From Lytechinus pictus (lineage: Eukaryota): DNA of 64,000 bases. The position numbers and the translations under genes were made by a program. A model generated the notes under the pieces. The model worked only from the letters and a program-made list of their open reading frames with translations, did not search any database and was not told the DNA's origin. This document shows, one piece after another, positions 54,601 to 64,000 of the stretch (position 1 is its first letter; the number at the start of each line of letters is the position of its first letter). The DNA is taken from assembly GCF_037042905.1 (NCBI RefSeq), contig NC_087251.1, forward strand, positions 39,060,001-39,124,000. The letters run 5' to 3'.

Positions 54601-57600
54601 TGTTACACACATCCGGGTTGGATGGCTCGCCGCGTGACCTCGTGTACTCAAAGATTGCTGGCTGGTACTGTATATCTATAAAAATAGAGTAAAATTCCCA
54701 GAGCAAAATGCTGAGAAGTTTCATCAAAATCGGATAACAAATAACGAAGTTATTGAATTTTAAAGTTTATCAATATTTTGTGAAAACAGTCATATGCACA
54801 TCGTCATGAATATTCATTAGGTGGGCTGATGATGTCACATCCCCACTTTCCTTTTTCTTATGTTATTACATGAAATCATAAATGTTTCATTATTTCATAC
54901 ATGTGTAAATGATGTGTCTCCATTGTGATGAAATAAGTTGCGGCAATAAATAATAATGCACTCAATCAGTTGTCAATCCAATTGTTTTAGTTCTTGGTAG
55001 AAAAATTTTGAATAAACCTAATTTCATATAATAAAATACAAAAGAACAAGTGGGGATATGACATCATCAGCCCACCTAATGAATATTCATAAAGACATGC
55101 CTAGAACTATTTCATCGGAATAATGCAAATCTTTAAACTTCAATAATTATTTGTTATCCGATTTTGATCAAATTTTCAGCATTTTGCTTTGTGAATTTTA
55201 CTCTATTTATTGACATATAAATATCTCCAGCCTGGACCATCCCTTTAAATTCTTAGCAACTTTCCAGTCATGAGTACTGTGCATTTTGGGTGCATCATTT
55301 TCCCCATTGCATATAAATTGCATATAAAAGCTGAGATGCCATCTGAAACCTGTTTCAAAGAAAAGAGTATGGAATTAATTTTGATGTGCTCTCAATAGGT
55401 GTGGATACTAGATATGCCTGTGATGTCATAGTATAAAGGCCTGTTTCATGAAACATGGACTTAAATGTAATCAAGTACAGTTGTGCTCATTACATTAATA
55501 TAGAGGTTGACCTTAAACAGCCTTTCACGATCATAACATTTGCTTTTCAGATGAAAATTCTTCCATATTTTTGTTTTTTTCCACAACATGCAAAAAAGGG
55601 CATGTTAACAGTTCAGAAACATTCATACCCATTCTATAACTGCATGTTAATAATCAGTGGCATATATCCTTTATTTGCAATGAATCCATCATTGCAAATA
55701 AAGGCTATAGTCCATTTATTATTAACTTGCAGTTACATCAGGGGTATGAATTTATTTAAAGAATAAAATGAGAACCTGTATTAGAAATACATATGAAAAA
55801 AAAAAAAATGTCGGGGTATGAAAGCTTATATCCAGTGGCGTACCTAGGATTTTTCACAGGGGAGGCAAAACCGTCCGCCAAAAAATTTGACAAGCAAAAA
55901 AAAAAAAAAGGTCTTCAATCACAAATGAAGGATTTCGTACCAGAAAAAAATTTGACAAGCAAAAAAAAAGAAAAAAAAAAAAGAGCTTCAAGCTAGTCAG
56001 GGGGGGGGGCAATAAAGGTCTTCAAGCTCGTCAGGGGGGGCAAAAAAGGTCTTTCAAGCTCGTCAGGGGGGGGGCAGGGATACGTCCTTTGCATGGGTTG
56101 TGGCTCGTCAGGGGGGGCAGACTGCCCCCTCTGCCCCCCCCCCCCCCCCCCGTAGGTACGCTAGTGCTTATATCTCTAACTATGTGACACTAGTTTCAGG
56201 TCACATGATCAAGGTCAAAGGTCATTTAGGGTCAACACACTTTGACAGTTGTGGTATTAATTTGAAAATGTAACCTAGGTTAAAATTTTGAAGACTTCAG
56301 ACAATTTTGTAAGTCCCCATTCCATAAAACTTTGATTATCAGTAATTGGCAAATGGACAAATATAATATCAGGTCAGAAGTTATTTGAGGTCAACGAACT
56401 TGGGATTTTATTATCAAATGAAATTTGAGGGGGTTTTTCATCTTTTTTTAAAAATGTATTCATCTTGGTTGTTTTCAAAGTCAGCACTGCTGCTATGTAG
56501 AATTGTGTTATGCAGGTACTTGTACTGTTTTGCACGTGTTACCTTTTTTTTTTCATACTTTTGCCCCAATGGGCAAGTTTATTTACAAAAAAAGAACACG
56601 TTTACAGAAGTCAAATTATAAACATTATTCAAACAAATGTTTCAACATACTCCATTTCAAATTAAAATCTTTCCTTTTTCCATTCAGATCACAAATGTAA
56701 CATTAATCCAAATAATAATTTTGTATTACCTTCTTAATCTTCTTAAAATCAGGTACAGTCTTGTTCAACCTCGAGAAATATAATTGTTGTTTTACTAAAA
56801 TGATAATACAATTCAGGGCATCATTTCGCTTTTCTTTATATCCAAACAAAATATTCTGTGGAGTAAATGTAAGAATAAACATAGGAGATGATATCCACGT
56901 TTCTATTTTACTCCAAATATTTCTACTAAAATTACAGAAGTAAAAGAAGTGTTCAATTGTTTCCTTTACAGTATAACAAAATGTACAGCACTCAGTATTG
57001 GTGATCTTTAGTTTGAATAAAATATCATTTAAAAACACAATTCTATTGAAAACTTTGTATTGGAAATACTTTATCCGAATGTCAGTTGTAAATCTGAAAA
57101 TCATCCTATTAAATTCCGGTATTTTAGTGTGATCCAAAATAATACATGTATTTGAATTTTTTCCCCATTTTGCTGCAATAGTTTTGGCTGAATCTTTATT
57201 TTCTATCAAAAGTTTATATATACTTTTACACCCCTTTTTATCACTCATTATAGGAGAAATATAAGGCATAACAAATGGTTCACATATTCTATGGTCTAGA
57301 TTTTGAAATTTTCGATTAAACACACATCTTAGAGCCTGAGAAATTAAAAAATATTCCAAAACAATGACTTTTAAACCAAACTTAGATTCACATTCAGTTA
57401 AAGATATAATATTTCCTTCTCGATCTATTAAATCATTAATAAATCTTATACCCTTTTCTTGCCAGTATTTAAAATAAACAGACTTTCCATCTATTTGTAT
57501 TTTACTATTTTTCCATAAAGGTTGCGCTAGCCAATTGATATTTTCAGATTTTTGAAATATCGAAAATAGCATGGCAAAAAACTCTTTCCAAAATGGATTA

Positions 57601-60600
57601 CTCATCTTTTCCGATATGTTATAAAAATATTCATCTCCATAAAACAGATGGAAAGGCTGTCCCAAAGAGAATCCTAATAGACTTTCTACGTCATCACATT
57701 TTCTCAATAGAATTCTTCTCAACCATGTCAATTTTAATGCTTTGTTAAAACAATCTATATCTATCATTTTCAATCCCCCTTCTTCGTATGAACCAAGTAT
57801 TTGTTCCCTACTAATTTTGTCTGGTTTTCCATTCCATACAAATTGAAAAAATTTAACTTTAATATTTTTCATTAGTTGAGCCGATGGACTGGGGATTGAA
57901 AGAAAAAGGTGATTGAATTGAGGCAATAAAAGGGATTTAGCCACTGTAATTCTACCCAAAGGTGTAATATTTCTCTTCGACCATGAAATCATCTGTCTTT
58001 TCAATTTATCAAAAATCCTATCGTAATTGAAATCTGGGATCTTGTTAATATTCACATGAAAATCTGTACCAAGATAGCGAAAATAAGTATCCTTTATCAA
58101 GTTTACTTCTAATTCAATGTCTAAACTTGTCTTTTTCAGGTTACCCAAAAAAATAATTTGCGTCTTTTGTGAATTGAGTTTAAGTCCAGTAAATTGAGTA
58201 AAAAAAGAAATCATCTCCAACACTTTTTGAAAAGACTTATTTGAGCCAGAAATGAATAAAGCCGTATCATCGGCATATTGAAGTATTTTGAATTCTCTTT
58301 TGTTTACGCTGATTCCCTCAAACTGGTTTGAATTTCTTATCCACAATGCAAGAATTTCCACACACATAATGAAAAGGTAAGGAGAAATTGGATCCCCTTG
58401 TTTACAGCCTCTTTGGATATTAAATCTGTGTGACAATTGAGAATTAACAATAACGCTTGAGTAAGCATTACTGTGCAAGACATCCACCCATCTCTGAAAT
58501 GACGGACCCACCCCAAAAAACGAAAGAACCTTTTGAATGAATTCATGGGAAATACTATCGAACGCCTTTTCGAAATCTAATAGCATTAAAGTACAAGGTA
58601 AATTTTGCTTTTCCGCTAAAGCAATGATATCGTATATTATTCTAATATTTTCCCCAATAAAACGACTAGGTAAAAATCCTTTCTGATCTGTGTGAATGAC
58701 TACTGATAATACCTTTCGTAACCTATTTGCAAGACATGTAGATAAAATTTTGTATACAACATTAAGAAGAGATATCGGTCTCCAATTTTTAATAAAATGA
58801 CGGGGCTTATTACCTTTAGGAATTAAAGTTATAAGACCTAAGTTTTGTGAAGGAGATAATTCACCAGTCAAATAAGCATTTTTGACACTTCGTCACAAAT
58901 AAATTCCTATATCATTAATAAAATACTTTAAAAATTCTGCTGTAAAGCCGTCTTGACCGGGCGATTTACCAATTTTAATCTGTTTAACTGCATCAAGTAT
59001 TTCTGAATAACGTATATCCCCTTCTAAAACCTCACTTTCTTGTGTAAACATCCTTACTTTATTCAAAGGAATCATAGCAAACAATCTTTCAGCCTCTGAT
59101 ACTGGTTGAAATGTATACAAATCCTTAAAATAAAGATATACTTCTTGTAAAATATCTTCTTGTTGATCAATTAAACAGTTGTTTTTATCGATCAATCTTA
59201 TAATTGTCTTTTCCACTGATCTCTGTTTTTCTAAATTCAAAAAAAAAAAATTCAAAAAAAAAAAAAACGTGTTACCTGGTTCGAAGAATGTAATTCTTCT
59301 TTAACATTCAACATGTCTCTACATTTTCACACTAGTAGCATCATTTTCATGATAGTTTCTCTTATCTCTCCTCCAGAAAGCAATGCATTGAGCAAGAAAA
59401 CAAGTTTGACTTCTTGAAGGATCTGGTGGAAAATGTACCCACCATTTCATGCGAAGATGACGACTCAAACAGTGGATCAATACAATCTGATAAGCTTCCA
59501 AATTCAAGGTGAGATTGGATATTATGCAATTGCAATTCAGCCTCAGATGCAACATTATCTTTGCCTGTCATGTGAACTAAAAATCTTTTTTCATTTTTTT
59601 AGAAATACTTTTTTTTTTCAAAAATTTCAAAATTTCACTGAAAATTATGAAACCTGCCAAGTTATTCTAGTTATAAAGGATTACTTATTCATGAAATATT
59701 CAAAATAATTATAATTCTTAATTGTAATTCAAAGTTTGTACCAACAATGAAGGCTGATTCCGAATGGGCAGTGCAGGCTGAAAATAATATCTAGATTAAT
59801 GAAATAAAAATTCTCCTAGTAAAATGCTGAAAATTTCCTCACAATTTGGTAACATATACCGGTAATAAAGTTATTTAATTTCAAATTTTTAAAGCAATAT
59901 TTTGTGAAAACAGTAATACATGTATGCACACCTTTATCAGGTTGGCTGATGATGACATGTTTCCACTTTCCTTTTTTCTTATGTAATTACATGAAATCAT
60001 ATATATTTTATATTTTCATACATATGTGTATGATATGTCTCCATTGTTACAGAATACATTTCAGCAATGATTATAGGCATCAAATCAGTTGTCAATCCAA
60101 TTTTTTGTTCATTCTTGGTGGACAAATTTTTAGTAAATATAATGGGGATATCATATGGCATCATCAGATTGCTTTAGCGTATGGTCACGAGACATGCATA
60201 AAACTGTTTCACCAACATAATGCCAAACTTTAGAATGTCATCGCCTACATGTAACTTTGTTATTCACATTTCCAATTTTAATTAAAGGTCCAGTATTTTT
60301 GTTTGTCTGATTTTACTTTATTCAAATGAAATTATTTTCAGCCTGAGTAGCCTACCCATTTATTGTGATGCAAATTCATGAGGTATGGAGTTAGGCTAAT
60401 TCTATCCAGATATCACTTTCTCTATTTGCCCAATCATACCCTCTGTCCTTGAAAACATAATAGTATACTTTCAAGTACTAAAGCCTTTCTATTTTTTGTT
60501 TTTAGGGAGGGGGAGGGGTTCCAGCAACCCTTCTGCTGCCCCTGTAGCACAGCCCCATTGATAATGATACACATTTTCCCATAAATCGTAGCAAGTTATC

Positions 60601-63600
60601 TTGGGCATAGGGTTTAATGGGTTAATGGCTAGTACGTAAATTCATTAAACCTAGTCTGACCTAGCAACATTCGTAAACCATGCATTCATCTTTGTCTCAA
60701 AAATATGCATGACATATGAAATTATCTAGCTAACAGGTCATTCTGTAATTTGAATGATGATTCCAGTGAAAAATACGGCTAATGATGAATATTTAGCACG
60801 TGTGAAACCAAACTAGAACATGATTAGAGTCAAGAACGCTAATCACAGTCACGATAAACAATAGTAATCATTTCAATGATGGTTCAAGATTCACGTATGA
60901 ATAGGCCCTTAGTCTGACCTGGAGAGCGTTTCATGAAAGGACCTGTCAGACATTTTATCCGACTAGTCCCTTTTTATCCAACAGTTACCATAGTAGCAGT
61001 GCCTCTCTGCCAATCAATATCTAGGAAAGTTGTCAGATCTGACAACTTGTCAGACGAAAATGTTGATGAAACGCTCCCCGGGTAGCAATCATGAATCGTG
61101 CATTCATTGAGGTTTAGAGTGCCATCATTATAACAAAATTTCCTGAAGGTGATGCACATAGTCAGTAATTTGCAGTTGATTTATGGACACTGGCCTTGTT
61201 AATTATCTATTCATGTCAGCCTTTTTTTGCTGGCATGAATAGGTGAGTGTGCTGCACTTTCAACTCAAAAGCAAATTATGCTAATCAGATTTTAATCAAA
61301 GATTCAAGTGTACAGGGCATACAGTACATTGTAAAGCATGAGAGAGGTAGAATATCATTTGCTTTTTTCTTGCATTTTATTTCTATCGTGGCTTTATGTA
61401 GCGATTTTGTCAGGGTTTTGTGATCTTCGCCTTGCCTGTGTAGCAGAGCCGGCACAAGGGCCGTCATCAACATTTGAACCTTTTCAACTCGTGTGTCCGT
61501 ACAATGTCAGATATGGTAAATTTTGAAAAAATTGTTCATCTTAGTTGTTTTCAAAGTCAGCACTGCTGCTAATATTGAATTGCAAGATGCAGGCGAGACT
61601 GCCAAAAACGTTCTATGATATACCCTGATTGTAGATCAACCCATACGTACACATATTACATGCAATATCTGTCTTGGGTCAGGATAATGCAAGGTTTACC
61701 TTATAAATCCTTCCACATTGTTAACATTTTTGTGTGCATTATTTGTTTTATGCAGAAGAAGAAAGGGTATAAGAAGGGATGCCTCGGCTCAAAGCAGTGT
61801 CCAGTCGGTAGATGAGCCATCATCAGATGAGGTCAGTTAAAATTAATTTTGTGATCTTGGTATGATCGAAAAGAAATACAGTCAAACCTATTTTATAGAG
61901 GCCACCAAAATTGTCTCTCATTTGAAAGGAATTCGTCATATAGAACCTGTCTTAAAGCAACCTTTCTCCAGTGGTCGCTTTTCTGTTTTTCCTCGGGTGG
62001 CCTTTAGAGGCGGGTCTAACTGTATAATATTTTAGAATCGATAACTCAATGATTTAAATTGAGAGCGAATTTACCAGTACTAAGTGCTCTCTCATTGATT
62101 GTCTGTTATAAAAAGCTGGTCTTAAAAAATACAGAGAATAAATTAGCCTGTAAAATTATGAGCAGAGAGAAAAGAAAATGTTTTGAGAGGATACATGTAA
62201 GTTACTTACTTGGCTACTTGGAAATATTATTATTGCTGTAGAAAATTATTGAGTTGTGAATAAGTAAATTAGTTATCATTCAAGTGGACCTATATTACAA
62301 GACTACAGTGTTTGGTATGTTGCATTATGGGTTAATAACCAACCAGACTTGAGTAGTGGAGGACTTGAGGTGGTGATATATAAGCTGCTGGTTCCAATAT
62401 ACTTTAAAGCTAGTAGCAAAAAAATGAAAAATAAAAAGGTTTTGCTCCTTGGGAGGAGGAGCAATAAACCAATAGGAAACAAAATAGGCCTGTAATTTTT
62501 TTTTGTCTCGCCTGCATAGCAGAGCGAGATTATAGGCACCGCTTTTCTAGTTAATTTTATTATACCAGCAAATAAATATTGCAATTATTACACTTGCACG
62601 ATTTTGGGGCCCGAACAGTTCACGACTAGTTTACGCATCGAGTCGTGCCACGTCATTCCATGTCGTGAAGTATGCGGGCCAGTGCGGTACAATGCTTAAA
62701 GTGTCGTGCCAAAATTTTAAAATTTATAAAATAATAATAGCCAATTTTTATATAGCGCTTTTCCCAGAATGGCTCAAAGAGCATTACAGCTTATTATTAC
62801 CCCGGTCATTGGATTCATTTCAATCCTGCACAAAAAGTGCACAATTTCCACTGGGGAGCATTCCTTGCATTCATCGCAGCCTCAGTATGGCGCTGGCAAA
62901 TTCAAACATACAATATCTTTCGCATCCTACCGGGTACCCATTTAGCACCTGGGTCGAGAGTGGCAAAGTGTGGATTAACGCCTTGCCAAAGGACGCTAGA
63001 CCGCGGTGGGATTCAAACACACGACCCTCTGTTTACAAGGCGAGAGTCAGAACCACTACATCACGGCTCCTCCACCATGTTCATGGCCTCCTAAAACCAT
63101 GGCATGACAAATTTTGAGGATTATTGGCGTGAACTATTCGTAAACTGTGCGCAACCTCGTCAGGTCAAGTTGTGCCATGGCATGAAAGGCACACATTTCA
63201 CCACTAGTTCACCACTAGTTTACAAGTAGTTTGCGACAAGTGCAACAATAGTTTGCAAATAGTTCATGCTCCCATCAGAATTGCTCGCCTCAAAGGCATA
63301 CGCATGTGCAGTTTGGCTATATATCGAACTGCAATTCATGGAGTTCTATTTTATGCTCCAATGAATGATGATGATTTGAATGACGTGACCAATAGCGTAT
63401 CCAGCATTAACTGACAAAGAAATATATTGGCCATGCACAAGCATAATAGTCAATATTGTCCCCAGACAATTGGGCCCATGAAATGCTTTGAAGGATCTGA
63501 TGCTGGATAAGCACCTGGTGACAGTGCACAAACTATTTGTAAATAATGCGTGAGCATGTCGTGCCCATGCGTAAACTTGTCGTGAACATGTCATGAACTA

Positions 63601-63902
63601 GTTGGGACTATGGCACGAACCATTGACGCATTTCCTGCCCCACATTGTCACGAATTGGCACGATAGAATCGTGCCAATGCAGAAATCAAAATTCGTGCAA
63701 GTGTATTAGCAGCAATAATATATAAAATGAATCATCAATACTTTGTTTATTTCAAACAGGATTCTTTTGAATCTGACGAATCAGAGAGTAAAGACGAGAG
63801 GCAAAGACATCCGGCAGAGACCAGTAATGCCTCAGCAGCTAATTCATCATCATCATCATCACATCCACCATTTCACACAGTACCCCAATCCTACCATAAT
63901 AG
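31271..63902 (+). CDS. DRAP1: Dr1-associated corepressor / NC2-alpha (3'-partial)
   Basis: Exons 31271-31312 (MPSKKKKYNARFPP), 38880-38952 (ARIKKIMQKDEDVGKVAAPVPVLI), 40576-40669 (SKALEIFVEGLITKASQETLSRNAKTLTTSH), 59377-59508 (KQCIEQENKFDFLKDLVENVP...), 61756-61831 and 63760-63902. Phases are consistent and the histone fold closely matches known DRAP1. The last exon(s) lie beyond the window. Confidence 0.95.
31706..31857 (-). mobile_element. tRNA-derived SINE (3'-truncated)
   Basis: Minus strand has A box TGGCTCAGTTGG and B box GGTTCAAACCC, followed by a non-tRNA body (gacgttaaaagatgggagttgctgctaccc). Confidence 0.75.
32690..33260 (+). mobile_element. I-group (Nimb/Ingi-like) LINE 3' fragment
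   Basis: EMADTKAK (end of RNase H), WQKRW, IHRLRFG and CDTC...ETVEHFLIECPKY, followed by a (ttta)n-like tail. Confidence 0.75.
34474..35675. mobile_element. Putative non-autonomous (Crypton-like?) element
   Basis: Hairpin 34483-34643 (atatatggactgcttt...aaagcagtccatatat), gcccgagggc repeats, aggcatggttgttt repeated at 34501 and 35595, terminal gaccaatcaga...tttataaa. Class is a guess. Confidence 0.3.
36757..37510. repeat. Long inverted repeat (foldback MITE), ~330-bp arms, ~90-bp spacer
   Basis: 36757-37090 is the reverse complement of 37182-37510 with scattered mismatches. Confidence 0.85.
37630..38270. repeat. Polypyrimidine low-complexity tract (purine-rich counterpart at 50700-51015)
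   Basis: Almost only C and T for about 640 bp. Confidence 0.9.
38953..40575 (+). other. U12-type (minor spliceosome) GT-AG intron, DRAP1 intron 2
   Basis: 5' splice site GTATCCTTT; branch-like TCTTTAAC at 40549-40556, about 20 nt before the AG; no polypyrimidine tract. Confidence 0.9.
44290..44560 (+). promoter_or_regulatory. CpG-rich promoter of the element's cargo gene
   Basis: CpG-dense; GC box GGGCGGAG at about 44406; GGTTAAGCC twice; TATAAATA at 44539-44546; gccATGG at 44824. Confidence 0.6.
44964..45153. mobile_element. Small MITE (CACTGTAAAAA termini) in cargo-gene intron 1
   Basis: cactgtaaaaatgaa / ttcattttttacagtg; internally palindromic. Confidence 0.65.
47564..48314. mobile_element. 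TTAA-flanked MITE in cargo-gene intron 4
   Basis: ttaaaagtcaagtccacccc / gggtggacttgtcatttaa, with long TIRs. Confidence 0.7.
48000..48154. mobile_element. PIF/Harbinger-like MITE nested in the previous MITE
   Basis: TIR gggcccgttgcataaaa / ttttatgcaacaggccc; exact 3-bp TSD cag. Confidence 0.75.
48590..49210 (+). repeat. Coding minisatellite encoding PRSPTPPPRRPP / PAPRRPPP repeats
   Basis: Repeated cctcgatcaccaacaccacc units and 24-nt ccagcaccacgacggccgccacca units. Confidence 0.9.
55833..56166. mobile_element. hAT-like MITE
   Basis: TIR cagtggcgtaccta / taggtacgctagtg; exact 8-bp TSD cttatatc. Confidence 0.8.
56545..59266 (-). mobile_element. 5'-truncated L1/Tx1-group LINE (RT + zinc finger) with TSD
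   Basis: KSPGQDG, WRPISLLN, DFEKAFDS, QGDPISPYLF, YADD and CTFC..ETIEHFF..C. In-frame stops at 58893 and 56703. Poly(A) at about 56545-56553. TSD ACGTGTTACCT at 56534-56544 and 59267-59277. Confidence 0.95.
60921..61079. mobile_element. Short MITE (related copy at ~30943-31070)
   Basis: ggagagcgtttcat / atgaaacgctcccc; both copies share the ccgacaagttgtcag core. Confidence 0.55.
62578..63718. mobile_element. Non-autonomous TIR element in DRAP1 intron 5
   Basis: tacacttgcacga / tcgtgcaagtgta near the ends, plus many cacga/tcgtg internal motifs. Exact ends are uncertain. Confidence 0.55.
62729..63074 (-). mobile_element. Near full-length tRNA-derived SINE nested in the TIR element
   Basis: Minus strand: tRNA-like head (gccgtgatgtagtgg...gtttgaatccc), cctttggcaagg core, and gcgctatataaaaattggctattattat tail. 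Confidence 0.75.
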
Positions 63903-64000
63903 GTGAGTGTGCTGCCAATCGTTCATTATTTTGCAGTATCCTATACTGTGTAAGAAAATTCTGCTTGTTTGTAGTCGTAGTATAGAAATATCAATCAGAA

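Larger units (their letters stand above)
40863..54670. mobile_element. 13.8-kb TIR DNA transposon (TA TSD, CAGTA termini) carrying a BEN-domain gene; no transposase recognised
   Basis: CAGTACCAGTCAGCAATCTTTGAGTACACG matches the reverse complement of the right end at 29/30, with further similarity beyond (CGCGGYGAGCCAT). TA on both sides (40861-62, 54671-72). Removing it restores the host MITE TIR. Confidence 0.9.
40830..55244. mobile_element. TTAA-flanked (Kolobok-like) MITE split by the 13.8-kb element
   Basis: TTAA|AGGGATGGTCCAGGCTG at 40826 and CAGCCTGGACCATCCCT|TTAA ending at 55248. The left TIR resumes at 54673. Confidence 0.8.

Noticed and set aside
1-64000. CRISPR arrays, rRNA or prokaryotic operons
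   Set aside because: None seen; the sequence is spliceosomal eukaryotic DNA.

Overview
AT-rich, intron-rich animal genomic DNA. The repeat families suggest an echinoid (sea urchin); that is inference. (1) 1-28.7 kb: two tandem, near-identical copies (about 18.2 kb apart) of a 20-exon + strand gene for a TMEM145-family (GOLD + 7TM) protein with a ~650-aa disordered C-terminal tail. The downstream copy (14594-27914, 1077 aa) is intact. The upstream copy lacks exons 1-2 in this window and has a 46-bp frameshifting deletion. (2) 31.3 kb to the window end: DRAP1/NC2-alpha (six exons seen). Its intron 2 is U12-type, and introns 1 and 3 are expanded by mobile DNA. (3) Inside DRAP1 intron 3 is a 13.8-kb element (40863-54670) with 30-bp CAGTA terminal inverted repeats, a TA target duplication and subterminal TGACACTCG-like repeats. 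I see no transposase in it. It carries its own promoter and a spliced gene for a Tudor/chromo-barrel-like + Pro/Arg-rich + BEN-domain protein, now disrupted. The element sits inside a TTAA-flanked MITE at a site bearing a TACATGTA footprint. TA-NNNN-TA palindromes are strongly enriched across the DRAP1 locus. Also present: three LINE remnants (one with a clean TSD), two tRNA-derived SINEs, many MITEs and two N gaps. All family assignments come from recalled motifs, not database searches.
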